DNA of 50,906 bases from Lysobacterales bacterium (GCA_038237055.1 JBBRZD010000001.1:1-50906); one strand, 5' to 3'. Counted from the stretch's first letter, positions 38,843-49,349 are shown. Notes: generated from the letters alone by a model not told the origin. Numbers and translations are program-made.

Positions 38843-40101
38843 AGCTGTGGCGCACCATACTTTTGCTGCTGATCGTCGCGGTCGTTGCCGCGCTTGCCTG
38901 GCATTGGCTCGCTGCCGATCCGGGGTACCTGCAACTGCGCATCCGCGGCACCACGATCGAAACCAGCGTCGTGGTCGCGATCGCGGGCCTGCTGCTGCTA
39001 TGGGCCGTGTTGACGGCGGCCTGGCATCTGCTGCGCTGGCCGTTCCGTTACTGGGGCCGCGCGGTCAAGCGGCGTGGCCGTGAACGACTCGCTGGCGGCC
39101 TCACTGCGTTCGTCGAAGGCGATTACGCGCAAGCCGAGCGCGAACTGGCCAAAGCGGCCAATCACGAGGCGTTTCGCACGCCGGCGTTACTTGTGCTCGC
39201 GCGGGCTGCGCACGAACGCGGCGCAGCCGATCGTGCTGCGCAGGCGCTCGATGACGTCGGTCCAAGCGGCGCGCGCGCGGCGGATGCACTGCGCGCACTC
39301 ATCCTGATCGAGAGCGGACGCAATGCCGACGCGCTGGCGCTGCTCAAGAGCAAGGCCGCCGCCAACGAACTTTCCCCGCGTGGCTCGCATGTGCTGATCG
39401 ACAGCGCGCTTGAAGCGGGTGACACGCAGGCTGCGCTGGATGCGCTGTCCGCGCTCGCGCGCAGCCAGTCGCTGACGCCCGACTCACAGGCCGCATTGGA
39501 GACGCGGGTGCTGGCAGCAGCCCTCGCCAGCGCACCCGATGCAGCAAAGTTGAATGCGCTTTGGAGCGCGACCAACCGCGTGCAACGACGACGTGTGGAT
39601 CTCATCGCCGCGTTTGCGCGCCGTGCTGCCGCACTCGGCCAGACATTGGCTGCGATGGACGAGATCGAGTCGGCGCAGAGCCGCGAGTGGAATGAATCGC
39701 TCGCCACTGTCTATGGCGAGCTCGGCAATGCGGAAGTCCCGGCACGCACGCGCAAGGCCGAAAGCTGGGTGACACTCGCGCCGAACAGTCCGGCGCTATT
39801 GACGACGATCGGCCGTCTATACGGCCAGCAATCGCAGTGGGCAAAAGCCGAGGAATCGCTGGAGCGTTCGCTCGCACTGGTTGAATCGCCAGCCGCATGG
39901 GAAGCGCTCGGCGACTGTCGCAGGGGCGAGGGAGATCTCGCCGGCGCGAATACGGCTTACTCAAACGCGCTGCGCCTTGCGCGCGGCGAGACGACCACGC
40001 CAGTCGGTCCACGCCAGTTGCGCGGGCCACTTGATACGCGGCCGATCGCGTTCGAGGAACGCAGCGAGCATGGCGTGCCGCGCTTGCCGGGCGCCAAATA
40101 G
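38839..40101 (+). CDS. hemY: HemY N-terminal domain / TPR membrane protein
   Basis: DPGYLQLRI...IETS, two TM helices, EGDYAQAEREL, TPR-like C-terminus; ATGA overlap with hemX. Confidence 0.85.
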   Translation: MKLWRTILLLLIVAVVAALAWHWLAADPGYLQLRIRGTTIETSVVVAIAGLLLLWAVLTAAWHLLRWPFRYWGRAVKRRGRERLAGGLTAFVEGDYAQAERELAKAANHEAFRTPALLVLARAAHERGAADRAAQALDDVGPSGARAADALRALILIESGRNADALALLKSKAAANELSPRGSHVLIDSALEAGDTQAALDALSALARSQSLTPDSQAALETRVLAAALASAPDAAKLNALWSATNRVQRRRVDLIAAFARRAAALGQTLAAMDEIESAQSREWNESLATVYGELGNAEVPARTRKAESWVTLAPNSPALLTTIGRLYGQQSQWAKAEESLERSLALVESPAAWEALGDCRRGEGDLAGANTAYSNALRLARGETTTPVGPRQLRGPLDTRPIAFEERSEHGVPRLPGAK

Positions 40102-40228
40102 GCGACGAACGACCCACGCTTGTGCGATTGCGGGGGCGCGGAACATCGCGCATACCTGACGACATGCGAATCGGCGTTACGCGCGGTCCCAAAGAATTCG
40201 GCTGCGCAACACACGTCCCTGGCAAAAA

Positions 40229-40789
40229 CTAGCGCCGCACCCGTTCGATACCGGTTACTCGCCCCTCGACCAAACGAATCAGGCGCACGAACTCTCCGTC
40301 GCCGGTGTCGTAGATCCACTCCTCCCGGCGCTGGTCGTGCCACTGCTCAACGCCGCGTATCGGACGGCGTACAAGCGTACTGTTCTGACTGCGCCGCGAC
40401 GCCGGTTCGCCGCAGCGGGCGACCAGTTCACCAACGCTGAGGCCGTCGAGCACGCGATTGCAATCGCCTCCCATTTCGTCGACGCCGTAGCCGAGCGTTT
40501 CCTCGTGCAGCAATCGACCGTCGCGGAACACCAGCTGTCGCATCAACAGATGCGGACCAAAGTTGTAGTACAGGACGTCGAACTGCACTTCGCGCTGTTC
40601 TTCGATCGGACTATGTGTGCCGATGATCTCGACATTCGTGAAGTGGTCGGACCAGAACGGTTCTCCGCAGCGGTCGCGAACCTGGAAATCCTGATCGCCG
40701 ACATTGACCAGACGGTTGCCGCAGCGCATCGCGAATGCGTGCGGGCTGGCAAGCAGCAGGACGAGGATCACAAGCGCATCTCGACGCAT
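40229..40789 (-). CDS. Secreted protein with two DUF2845-like domains
   Basis: Signal peptide then MRCGNRLVNVGD...RCGEP...YYNFGP and a second ELVARCGEP...EEWIYD repeat. Confidence 0.8.
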   Translation of the reverse strand: MRRDALVILVLLLASPHAFAMRCGNRLVNVGDQDFQVRDRCGEPFWSDHFTNVEIIGTHSPIEEQREVQFDVLYYNFGPHLLMRQLVFRDGRLLHEETLGYGVDEMGGDCNRVLDGLSVGELVARCGEPASRRSQNSTLVRRPIRGVEQWHDQRREEWIYDTGDGEFVRLIRLVEGRVTGIERVRR

Positions 40790-40866
40790 AAGACCTCGTG
40801 AAGCGACAGAAACGGAATCCATATCGACCCTGTCCGGAGTGCGGAGTTCAGCGGGGTTGACGCACC

Positions 40867-41919
40867 TTACAGGCCATGAATCCCCGCCCGACTGTTGAGA
40901 ATCTGGGCGATCACATCCGGCGCATAATCGAACGAATCGTAATACAGCCTTTCTTCCGGGAGTCCGGCGTCGACGAATGCACGACGGCCGGCGTCGATCA
41001 TGGTCGGCGGACCGCTCATGTAAAGATCGACGCCGGAGAGATCGGGGTAATCTTCGAGCAGGGCTTCGTGAACAAGACCGCTGCGTAAGTCGCCGGCGTG
41101 CTCGGCGTCGGAGATCACCGGCACGAAACGGAACGAAGCAACGTCGCGCGCCCACTTTTCGGGCAGGTCGCGCGCGTACAGGTCGCTCGGCATGCGTACG
41201 CCCCAATACAAGGTCATGGGACGTCGTGTACCCAGATGAAGGAAATGTTCGATCAATGCCTTGATCGGGGCAAAGCCGGTACCGCCGGCCATCAACAGCA
41301 TCGGCCGCTCGCTGTCTTCGCGCGGAACGAACGTGCCGAGTGGGCCTTCGACGCGCAATAGCGCTCCGGGCTTCATTTCATCGAATACGGTCATCGTGAA
41401 ACCGCCGCCGGTGACGCGTCGCACATGCAGTTCGATGGTGTCGTCGTCGTGCGGCGAATTGGCAATCGAGAACGCGCGACGCTTGCCATCGGGCAGCAAG
41501 ATATCGAGATACTGACCGGGCAAGCGGCGCAGGCGTTCGCCGTCCACCGTCCGCAGTCTCAGCTTCGCGACATCGTTACCAAGCAAGGTCTTGTCGATGA
41601 GCTCAAGGGTCGACACACGACGCGGAATATCGGCAACCGAGGCGACCTCGCGCGCCACGATCAGCAGGTCGCTGGTCGGCACGGCCTGGCAGAGCAGGAT
41701 CTGATGACGCATCTGCTCGGCCGCATTCAATGCGCTCGGTGGGTTGCGCGGATACACGCAATCGCCTTCGATCAAGGTCGCCTTGCAACTGCCACAAACC
41801 CCGGCAAGGCAGGAATACGGCAGCGCCAGCCCGGCACGGCGCGCCGCTTCGAGCACGGTTTCGCCTGCATCGACGCAGAAACGCTTGCCGCTGGCTTGCA
41901 GAGTGACGAAGTAAGGCAC
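40867..41919 (-). CDS. 2Fe-2S ferredoxin / FAD-NAD(P) oxidoreductase (CDP-6-deoxy-glucoseen reductase-like)
   Basis: LPYSCLAGVCGSCK...LLCQA, RAFSIAN, GPLG, AGGTGFAP, YMSGPP; GTG start inferred. Confidence 0.9.
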   Translation of the reverse strand: MPYFVTLQASGKRFCVDAGETVLEAARRAGLALPYSCLAGVCGSCKATLIEGDCVYPRNPPSALNAAEQMRHQILLCQAVPTSDLLIVAREVASVADIPRRVSTLELIDKTLLGNDVAKLRLRTVDGERLRRLPGQYLDILLPDGKRRAFSIANSPHDDDTIELHVRRVTGGGFTMTVFDEMKPGALLRVEGPLGTFVPREDSERPMLLMAGGTGFAPIKALIEHFLHLGTRRPMTLYWGVRMPSDLYARDLPEKWARDVASFRFVPVISDAEHAGDLRSGLVHEALLEDYPDLSGVDLYMSGPPTMIDAGRRAFVDAGLPEERLYYDSFDYAPDVIAQILNSRAGIHGL

Positions 41920-42052
41920 GGGCCGGATCGAAGTGGTGTGGGGCGATTGTCGCCGAAGTTGCGACTTCGATGCGCGCCTGGATGTCGATGGCAACCGCGG
42001 CCGCTGCCAGCGCGCTTGCTATAGTCGTTTGCCCTATAAGCTGGAGCGTTGC

Positions 42053-42490
42053 ATGAGCATCTGGAAGCAAACCACCGATCTGGAGCGCATCAACGCGTGG
42101 AACCGCAACTCGCTGGTCGATCATCTGGGCATGCTCGTTACGGAAGTCGGCGACGACTACGTGCGCGGCACGATGCCGGTGGATGCGCGCACGAAACAGC
42201 CGTTCGGCCTCTTGCACGGCGGCGCCTCGGTCGCGCTGGCCGAATCGCTCGGCAGCCTTGCCGGCAACCTGTGCATCGACGAGAGCGAGATGGCCGTCGG
42301 CCTCGACATCAACGCGAACCATGTGCGCGCAGCGACTGGCGGCGTGGTCACCGGCACCGCGCGCGCTCTGCATCTGGGGCGCACCACCCAAGTCTGGGAA
42401 ATCCGCATCGAGGATGAGCGCGCGCGGCTGATATGCATTTCGCGACTTACCCTCGCCGTGGTGCCGCGGCCGTCGCCGCATGCCATCTGA
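42053..42490 (+). CDS. PaaI/MenI-EntH-type hotdog acyl-CoA thioesterase
   Basis: MPVDARTKQPFGLLHGGASVALAESLGS, VGLDINANHVR. Confidence 0.92.
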   Translation: MSIWKQTTDLERINAWNRNSLVDHLGMLVTEVGDDYVRGTMPVDARTKQPFGLLHGGASVALAESLGSLAGNLCIDESEMAVGLDINANHVRAATGGVVTGTARALHLGRTTQVWEIRIEDERARLICISRLTLAVVPRPSPHAI

Positions 42491-42494
42491 TCAC

Positions 42495-43433
42495 ATGAAT
42501 ACTTCGGCCGCGCCTTATGCGGACCTGTCGCCGGATGTCGTACTGGATGCGATCGATGCTGCCGGCTACGTCAGCGATGGCCGCCTGCTCGCGTTGGCGA
42601 GTTACGAGAATCGCGTTTACCAGGTCGGCATCGAGGACGGCCAGCCACTGGTAGCGAAGTTCTACCGACCCGGTCGCTGGAGCGACGCGGCAATCGCCGA
42701 GGAACATGCTTTCGCACTGGAGCTTGCTGCAGCGGAACTGCCGATGGTCGCGCCGCTCATCATCGACGGCCGCACCTTGCTGGAGCACGACGGCTACCGC
42801 TACGCGTTGTACCCGCGCCGCGGCGGACGCGCGCCCGAACTCGAATCCGCCGATCACCTCGCGTGGATGGGGCGCCTGCTCGCGCGCATGCACGGCATCG
42901 GCGCACGCGCGCGTTTCCGCGAGCGTGGATCGATCGACACCAACACCTATATTCGCGAGGCCGCGCGTGCCGTGCTTGCATCCGGCCTGCTCCCGGAGCG
43001 TCTGAACGAAATCTATCGCGCACGCACCAACGCTATCGCGGTGGCGATCGACGACCTATTCGCCGCACGCGAACCGATCACGCGCATCCGCCTGCATGGC
43101 GATTGCCATGCGGGCAACGTGCTATGGACCGATACCGGCCCGCACTTCGTCGATCTCGACGACGCGCGCACGGGCCCGGCGGTACAGGACCTGTGGATGC
43201 TCGCACCGACCCCGCGCGCGCTCGACGCCCTGCTCGAAGGCTATGCCGAGTTCCGCGATTTCGATCATCGCGAAATGCACTTGATCGAACCGCTGCGCAT
43301 CATGCGCCAGGTGCACTGGGCCGGATGGGTCGCTGCACGCTGGGAGGACCCCGCATTCCCGCGCGCGTTCCCGTATGTCGGCGAAGCGCGCTGGTGGGAG
43401 CAGCATTTGAACGATCTGGCCGAGTACGAATGA
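42495..43433 (+). CDS. srkA: Stress response kinase A (RdoA/YihE)
   Basis: LASYENRVY, KFYRPGRWS, EEHAF, LHGDCHAGN, DLDD, GPAVQDLWML, RWEDPAFPRAFP. Confidence 0.93.
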   Translation: MNTSAAPYADLSPDVVLDAIDAAGYVSDGRLLALASYENRVYQVGIEDGQPLVAKFYRPGRWSDAAIAEEHAFALELAAAELPMVAPLIIDGRTLLEHDGYRYALYPRRGGRAPELESADHLAWMGRLLARMHGIGARARFRERGSIDTNTYIREAARAVLASGLLPERLNEIYRARTNAIAVAIDDLFAAREPITRIRLHGDCHAGNVLWTDTGPHFVDLDDARTGPAVQDLWMLAPTPRALDALLEGYAEFRDFDHREMHLIEPLRIMRQVHWAGWVAARWEDPAFPRAFPYVGEARWWEQHLNDLAEYE

Positions 43434-43540
43434 CGGTTGCCCAGCACGAATGGGCTCGACATGAACCGGTGTCGACCCGATGCGAGCTGGTCAACCTTTG
43501 ACGGCACCTGCATGCGGCGTTGCACCAAAACTCCGCTAAC

Positions 43541-44356
43541 ATGGCAATCCAGATGAACCGCGTCGTACAGACTGACATCCAGCCACTCGCCCCCGACCGC
43601 CTGCGCCCCCTGCGCTATGCGATTCGCGTGCCGTTGCTGCTGCTGCTTGCATCGATCACTCCGCCAATCGCTTTGCTGGCGCTGAATCCGGTCGCTGCGA
43701 GTATCCGCATCGGCGATACCTCGCTGGAGAAATTCATGATCCGCTGGTGGTCGGGCCGGCTGGTGCGTGTTTTTGGATTTCGCCTGCGCTGCTTCGGCGA
43801 GACGATTCCAGGCGGAGTGCTCTATGTCGCCAATCACATTTCATGGCTCGACATCGTGCTGATGCATGGCGCGCGCCCGGTCAGCTTCGTCGCCAAGAGC
43901 GAGATCGCAGGCTGGCCCTTCGTCGGCTGGTTGTCGGCGCGATCGGGCACGATCTTTCATCGCCGTGGCAGTACGGATTCGCTCGCCGTGGTGATGGCGA
44001 CCGTCGTTGATACCTTGCGCGCCGGAAATCCGGTCGGCGTATTCCCCGAAGGCGGTAGTGGTCACGGCGACAAGATCGGCGTTTTCCATGCGCGCATCTT
44101 CCAGACCGCGCTCGACGCGAACGTGCCGGTGCACCCCGTCGCGCTGCGCTATGGTCGCAACGGCGTGCAGGACCCGTCGGTGCCGTTCGGGCGCAAGGAA
44201 AGCTTCTTCGCAAATTTCATGCGCGTGCTCGGTGGTCCCTCGATGGACGCCGAGGTTCACTACCTAGAACCCGTGCCCGCGACGCCGGATGCGCGTCGGC
44301 GCATGGCCGAGGAAAGTCGCGCACGCATCGTGCGAGCACTCGGTTATGGCGACTGA
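43541..44356 (+). CDS. Lysophospholipid (PlsC/OlsA-like) acyltransferase
   Basis: NHISWLD, FVAKSEI..WP, FPEG. Confidence 0.9.
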   Translation: MAIQMNRVVQTDIQPLAPDRLRPLRYAIRVPLLLLLASITPPIALLALNPVAASIRIGDTSLEKFMIRWWSGRLVRVFGFRLRCFGETIPGGVLYVANHISWLDIVLMHGARPVSFVAKSEIAGWPFVGWLSARSGTIFHRRGSTDSLAVVMATVVDTLRAGNPVGVFPEGGSGHGDKIGVFHARIFQTALDANVPVHPVALRYGRNGVQDPSVPFGRKESFFANFMRVLGGPSMDAEVHYLEPVPATPDARRRMAEESRARIVRALGYGD

Positions 44357-45452
44357 GAGCGCCGCCGTCGACTCCGGTCGGCCGCCGCCGCGCGTGCGCG
44401 GGCAGGTCGCCGCGACGATCCGTGCTGCTGATTTCCACCCACCACGCAGCTTGCGCAATCCGCATGTGCAATCAGTGCTTGCGTCGAGTGGGTTGCGTCG
44501 ATGGTTCGATCGCGAGCGCAGCGGTGCGATCGAACGCGATGAAGTCGAACACATCCTCGATTGCGGCGATGGCGTGCGCCTGCAGGCGTTCCACACGCGG
44601 CAGCGCCGATTCGATGAGTCGCTCGGACTGGTCGTGCTGCTGCACGGCTGGGAAGGCAGTTCGCGTTCGACCTATCTGCTCAACACCGGCGCGCGCCTGC
44701 TCGATCAAGGCTTTGATGTGGTGCGCCTTACGTTCCGCGACCATGGCGACACGCATCATCTCAATCCGGAGCTGTTCCACTCCTGCCGAATCGAGGAAGT
44801 TGTCGGCGCGGTCGCGGCAATCCAGCGCCAATTTGCGCCGCGCGCCCTCGCGATCGCCGGGTTTTCCCTCGGCGGAAATTTTGCGTTGCGCGTTGCGCTG
44901 CACGCACCCGCGGCGGGCATCGCGCTGAACTATGCGCTGGCGGTGTGTCCGGTGATCAGTCCCGCGGCCGGCCTGTTCGGACTCGAACGCGGACCGTGGT
45001 TCTACGAAAGCTATTTCCTGCACAAGTGGCGCGGTTCGCTGCGGCGCAAGCAAAATCTGTTTCCAGAGCGCGACTGGTTCTCGGCCGCCGAACTCGGTGG
45101 CAACCTGCGCGAACTCACGCATGCGCTGGTGTTGCGCCACACCGGGTTCGATTCGCTCGACGCGTATCTCGATGGCTATTCGATTGCCGGCGATCGCTTG
45201 CGCAACCTGCGCGTGCCGGCAACGATCCTCACGGCGGCGGATGATCCGGTGATTCCGGTGCAGGACTTCTTATCGCTGCAGCTGCCGCCGCTGGTGGAAC
45301 TGGACATCGCCGAGCACGGTGGACACTGCGGCTTCATCAACGATCTTTCGCTGCGTAGCTTCACCGACGACTATATCGCTGAGCGCATGCTGGTCCATCT
45401 GACGGGTCAGGCGATGGGCAGCGCCGCGCAGGGCATCGCAGCGACGGCCTAG
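44346..45452 (+). CDS. YheT/ABHD-family alpha/beta hydrolase
   Basis: NPHVQS, LHGWEGSSRS.Y, GFSLGGN, ADDPVIP, GGHCGF. Confidence 0.9.
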   Translation: MATESAAVDSGRPPPRVRGQVAATIRAADFHPPRSLRNPHVQSVLASSGLRRWFDRERSGAIERDEVEHILDCGDGVRLQAFHTRQRRFDESLGLVVLLHGWEGSSRSTYLLNTGARLLDQGFDVVRLTFRDHGDTHHLNPELFHSCRIEEVVGAVAAIQRQFAPRALAIAGFSLGGNFALRVALHAPAAGIALNYALAVCPVISPAAGLFGLERGPWFYESYFLHKWRGSLRRKQNLFPERDWFSAAELGGNLRELTHALVLRHTGFDSLDAYLDGYSIAGDRLRNLRVPATILTAADDPVIPVQDFLSLQLPPLVELDIAEHGGHCGFINDLSLRSFTDDYIAERMLVHLTGQAMGSAAQGIAATA

Positions 45453-45462
45453 ACCCGGCGGA

Positions 45463-46944
45463 TCAGTCGGCCGGAACGGTGCGCTCGCGTGCCCAGGCGC
45501 GCAGTTCGGCCACGCGTTCGGCCATCAGAACCGACAGCGGTCGCGTGTTGCGAACTTCCGTGAGCAGGTGTGCCTGCGTCGGTTTGCTGCGGTCGGCGAG
45601 GGCGGCATACAGCGCGGCGACGATCAGCTGCTCGATCTCGGCGCCGGAAAAGCCTGCAGTTGCGCTCGCGAGTGCATCAATATCGTAGTCGGCAAGATCC
45701 AGCCCGCGCTGAACCAGATGCAGGCGGAAGATCTCGCCGCGGACCGTGTCGCTGGGCAGGTCGACAAAAAACACTTCATCGAAACGGCCCTTACGCAATA
45801 GCTCGGCTGGCAACGCCTGCACGTCGTTCGCGGTTGCCACCAGAAAAACGGGCGCCTTGCGTTCGGCCATCCAGGTCAGCAGATAGCCGAGCACGCGTCG
45901 TGAAACACCATCGTCGGCGCCGGCGGTGGCGAGCGCTTTCTCGATTTCGTCGATCCACAACACGCACGGCGCGAGTAGCTCCGCGTTGTTGAGGGCATCG
46001 CGCAGATTGCGTTCCGTCTCGCCCTGGTATTTGTTGTAGAGCGTGCCGATATCCAGGCGCAGCAGCGGTACGCCGAATCCGCCGGCGATCGCTTTCGCCG
46101 CCATGCTCTTGCCGCAGCCCTGCACGCCGAGCAGAAGCACACCCTTGGGCGGATCGAGTTTCGCAGCCAGCTTTTCGCCGAGGAAGGCGGGCCGGCGCTG
46201 CGCGATCCACAGCTTCAGACGCGCAAGGCCGGCGACGTTCGCGAACTGCGCGGTCTCGTACTCGAAATGCAGCAGGCTGCCACGGTCCAGCAACGCGTAT
46301 TTCGCCTTCGCAAGATTTGGAAGGTCGGCCGCGGTCAGGGCGCCGTCGTCATAGATCAGCTTGCGCACGATGCGGCGTGCGTCGTCGAGGGAAAGTCCCT
46401 TGAGATTGCGCACGACCGCGCGCGCGGCATCAGCATCGACGTCGACGCGGCGACCATCGTGGTCGCGCGAATACCGGAATGCTTCCTCGCGCAGTAGCGC
46501 GGCCAGATCTTCGCTGCCCGGCAACTCGAACGCGAAACGCGTCGCGACGGCGGCCAGCTCCGCCGGCAGCTCGAAGGCGCCACCCACCAACACGATCGTA
46601 TGCTCAGCGGTATCCGTGCGCTGCACGATTTCGCGCAGCAGTCGCAGTGTCATTGGATAGCGCAGGTACGGCTGGAAATCGAGCAGCAGGTATACGCCGG
46701 GCTGACGATTCTGCTTGATCGCCTGCAGCGTCAGGCTGGCGTCGGGTGCATCCTCGGCTTCCTCGTCGCGATCCAGATCGAGGCGCTTGAGGCCATCGGT
46801 GATGCTCCAGCGATAGAGCGGCCGCAACGCCTGCGCAATGGCATGGCGAAAGCCTTCGACGACGCGGGGTTCCTCGCTGGATTCAATGACCAGCAGGGGC
46901 GTACTGGCGCGAATCAGGGTGACAAGATCTTGGTTTTCGCCCAC
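45463..46944 (-). CDS. AAA+ ATPase (Ycf46-like, degenerate N-terminal AAA plus active C-terminal AAA)
   Basis: GVQGCGKS Walker A, LWIDEIEK Walker B, ATAN, ELLRKGRFDEVFFVDLP, FSGAEIEQ; GTG start inferred. Confidence 0.9.
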   Translation of the reverse strand: MGENQDLVTLIRASTPLLVIESSEEPRVVEGFRHAIAQALRPLYRWSITDGLKRLDLDRDEEAEDAPDASLTLQAIKQNRQPGVYLLLDFQPYLRYPMTLRLLREIVQRTDTAEHTIVLVGGAFELPAELAAVATRFAFELPGSEDLAALLREEAFRYSRDHDGRRVDVDADAARAVVRNLKGLSLDDARRIVRKLIYDDGALTAADLPNLAKAKYALLDRGSLLHFEYETAQFANVAGLARLKLWIAQRRPAFLGEKLAAKLDPPKGVLLLGVQGCGKSMAAKAIAGGFGVPLLRLDIGTLYNKYQGETERNLRDALNNAELLAPCVLWIDEIEKALATAGADDGVSRRVLGYLLTWMAERKAPVFLVATANDVQALPAELLRKGRFDEVFFVDLPSDTVRGEIFRLHLVQRGLDLADYDIDALASATAGFSGAEIEQLIVAALYAALADRSKPTQAHLLTEVRNTRPLSVLMAERVAELRAWARERTVPAD

Positions 46945-47136
46945 GTCGGTTGTGCAGGGGGATGCGAGGAATGGGGCGAGGGGTGTGCGCACGAAAGCGC
47001 GTCGGCACAAGCCTAGCATGGCCGGATGCGGCATAATTTAGGGCTAACCTGGCCGAAAGCGGCGTGTTGCGGCGGTCGCCCAGCGCTTCGCGCTGAAATC
47101 TCTTCGCTATCCCCTTCGCACCGAATCCGAATCCGC

Positions 47137-49218
47137 ATGCTCAAAGAATCCATCGATCTGCACCGCCAAGGCCGTTTCGACGAAGCCGAACAGGGCTATC
47201 GCGCGCAGCTTGCCGCAAACCCCGACGATTCCGATGCGCTGCATCTGCTGGGCATGTTGCGCTATCAACTGGGTGATGCGAGTGAAGGTTCGCATCTGCT
47301 TGCTCGCGCGCGCGCGTTGTCGCCGGACGACGCGAACATCGAGTTGAGTCTTGCCTCGCTGGCGTTTCGCGCGGGCAATCACGATGCGGCGGAGCAGGGC
47401 TTCGCGCGCGCGCTCAGCCTCGACCCGAACCTTGCCGGCGCCTATGCCGGCTCGGGTCAGATTGCCTTGTTGCGCGGCGACCACGTGCGCGCCGAAGAAC
47501 ATTTCCGCATCGCCTTGAAGGTCGGCGAGGAGCCGCACGCGCTTGCCGGGCTTGGCGCGCTCCTGCTCGAACGCGGTGATCACGACGCTGCGTTGCGCCA
47601 CCTCGGTCGCGCCGCAGATCTCGCGCCGAACGACGCAATGATACAGATGATGCTCGGGCAGGCGTTCGCGAAGCGCGACACACCGGCGTTTGCAGAGCAG
47701 GCCTTTCGCAATGCGCTGCGCCTGAAACCCGACATGCACCAGGTGCGAAGCTGGCTGGGTTCGTTGCTGGTCAAGGCACGGCGCATTGACGACGCCGAAA
47801 CGGAGTTTCGCCAACTGCTCGGCGTTCCCGACTTCGCAACGAACGCACAGATCGGTCTGGGCGATGCCGCGCGCGCGGACGATCGCTTCGACGACGCTGT
47901 CTCGTCGTACCGCGCCGCATTGATGATCGACCCTGAGCAAACAGAGGCAGTGCGCGCGCTGGCCTGGTCGCTGGCGCAACTGGGACGCCACGACGAAGCG
48001 ATTTCTGTCTATGACGACGCCATCGCGCGCACGCCCGACAATGTCGATCTGCGCAGCGCGCGCGCAGACTTGCTGACCATGATCGGCCGTCTGCCGCAGG
48101 CGGCGAGCGGCTGGAACGATGTGCTTGAGCGCTCGCCAGACAACCTGTTTGCGCATGGCCGGAAGGCGGCCGTTGCCGAATATCTGGGCGATGTCGATGC
48201 CGCACAGGCGCACGCGCGCATTGTTCTGTCCGTGCGCGACGATGCCGAGATGCAGCTGATCCGGGTTCGCGGACTGTTGCGCGACGGTCATGCCGAGGGC
48301 GCGCGCGCGGCGTTGGAAGCAATGCGTGAATATGCAGTATTGAGTGAAGCGCAGACGCGCCAATGCTGGAACTATCTGGGTCGCGCGCACGATCTCGCAG
48401 GTTCTGCCAGTGAAGCCGTGCGCTGCTTCAGCGAAGCGCAACGCGGAAATCTGATATCGATGCCGGCATTGGAAGTGCCGAATCCCGATTTGCAGATGGC
48501 ACTTGCCGAAGCAGTCGGCGCTGCGTGGTCGCACGCGCCGATTCTGCTCCTTGGCGCGCCGGGCAGCGGCGTCGAGCGAGTCGCGGCCCTGCTGGCCGAT
48601 CAACCGCAACTGATCGTTTTGCGCGATCGCGCGAGCGCGCTCGTGCGCAACGATGATTTCAATCAACCGCGCTTCCAGCACTATTGCGGCGAACTGAGCG
48701 AGGCGGATCGCGCTGAGTTGCGCGAACTCTATCTGGCTCCTTTGCGTGCCGGCAATGTTCCGCTTGATCGCCCGATTATCGACTGGCTGCCGCGCTGGGA
48801 TGCGCATCTGCTGGCGCTGATTCGCCGCGCGATGCCGGGCACGCGTCTGCTGATTGTCGAGCGCGATCCGCGCGACGCGTTGCTGAACTGGCTCGCGTTC
48901 GGTTGGGTGCAAGGTTTCCACTGTGATGAACCTGGCGTTGCGACGGCGTGGATGCTGCGCGCGCGTGCTCATCTCGCCTATGGCAGTGAGCTCGAAGAAC
49001 CGCGTCGTTTGGTAGTCGCCGCTGATGCGCTGCTGGAGGATGTGCGTCGCAACGGGGGTGAGCTCGCGCAGTTCGTCGGCGTCGATGAATTGCAGCCGGG
49101 CGAACAGTTTGCGGTGATGGCGCGAGGACTCGGCGGATTGAAGACGGCCTTCCCCGCAGGACATTGGCAGCTGTATTGCGATGCGCTCGCGCCGGAATTC
49201 GCGAAGCTGATGGCTTGA
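47137..49218 (+). CDS. Long TPR protein with C-terminal sulfotransferase-like domain (degenerate PAPS loop)
   Basis: About 10 TPR-like repeats; PILLLGAPGSGVE, IIDWLP, VERDPRDALL. Confidence 0.75.
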   Translation: MLKESIDLHRQGRFDEAEQGYRAQLAANPDDSDALHLLGMLRYQLGDASEGSHLLARARALSPDDANIELSLASLAFRAGNHDAAEQGFARALSLDPNLAGAYAGSGQIALLRGDHVRAEEHFRIALKVGEEPHALAGLGALLLERGDHDAALRHLGRAADLAPNDAMIQMMLGQAFAKRDTPAFAEQAFRNALRLKPDMHQVRSWLGSLLVKARRIDDAETEFRQLLGVPDFATNAQIGLGDAARADDRFDDAVSSYRAALMIDPEQTEAVRALAWSLAQLGRHDEAISVYDDAIARTPDNVDLRSARADLLTMIGRLPQAASGWNDVLERSPDNLFAHGRKAAVAEYLGDVDAAQAHARIVLSVRDDAEMQLIRVRGLLRDGHAEGARAALEAMREYAVLSEAQTRQCWNYLGRAHDLAGSASEAVRCFSEAQRGNLISMPALEVPNPDLQMALAEAVGAAWSHAPILLLGAPGSGVERVAALLADQPQLIVLRDRASALVRNDDFNQPRFQHYCGELSEADRAELRELYLAPLRAGNVPLDRPIIDWLPRWDAHLLALIRRAMPGTRLLIVERDPRDALLNWLAFGWVQGFHCDEPGVATAWMLRARAHLAYGSELEEPRRLVVAADALLEDVRRNGGELAQFVGVDELQPGEQFAVMARGLGGLKTAFPAGHWQLYCDALAPEFAKLMA

Positions 49219-49349
49219 CCGCTGAGCGACACGCTGACCGCGTGCCGCCGGCACTCTTGCGACTGACGCACGTTCTAGCCGCGACTGACCGCAAGCGCGG
49301 CGGCGGTGATTTGATAGCATGTGTCATCGAACACATCTGATCCTCTCCC

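Noticed and set aside
36861-40101. hemD-hemX-hemY without hemC, and ubiJ-ubiB without ubiE
   Set aside because: To my knowledge these split arrangements are ordinary in Xanthomonadales
45463-46944. AAA ATPase as an anti-phage defence component
   Set aside because: Ycf46-like architecture with no adjacent nuclease, protease or other effector; core-gene neighbourhood
47107-49320. 737-aa minus-strand ORF (similar long antisense ORFs at 29629-31125, 24696-26150, 22031-23326, 18374-19525)
   Set aside because: Typical high-GC antisense open frames opposite well-supported genes; no recognisable motifs
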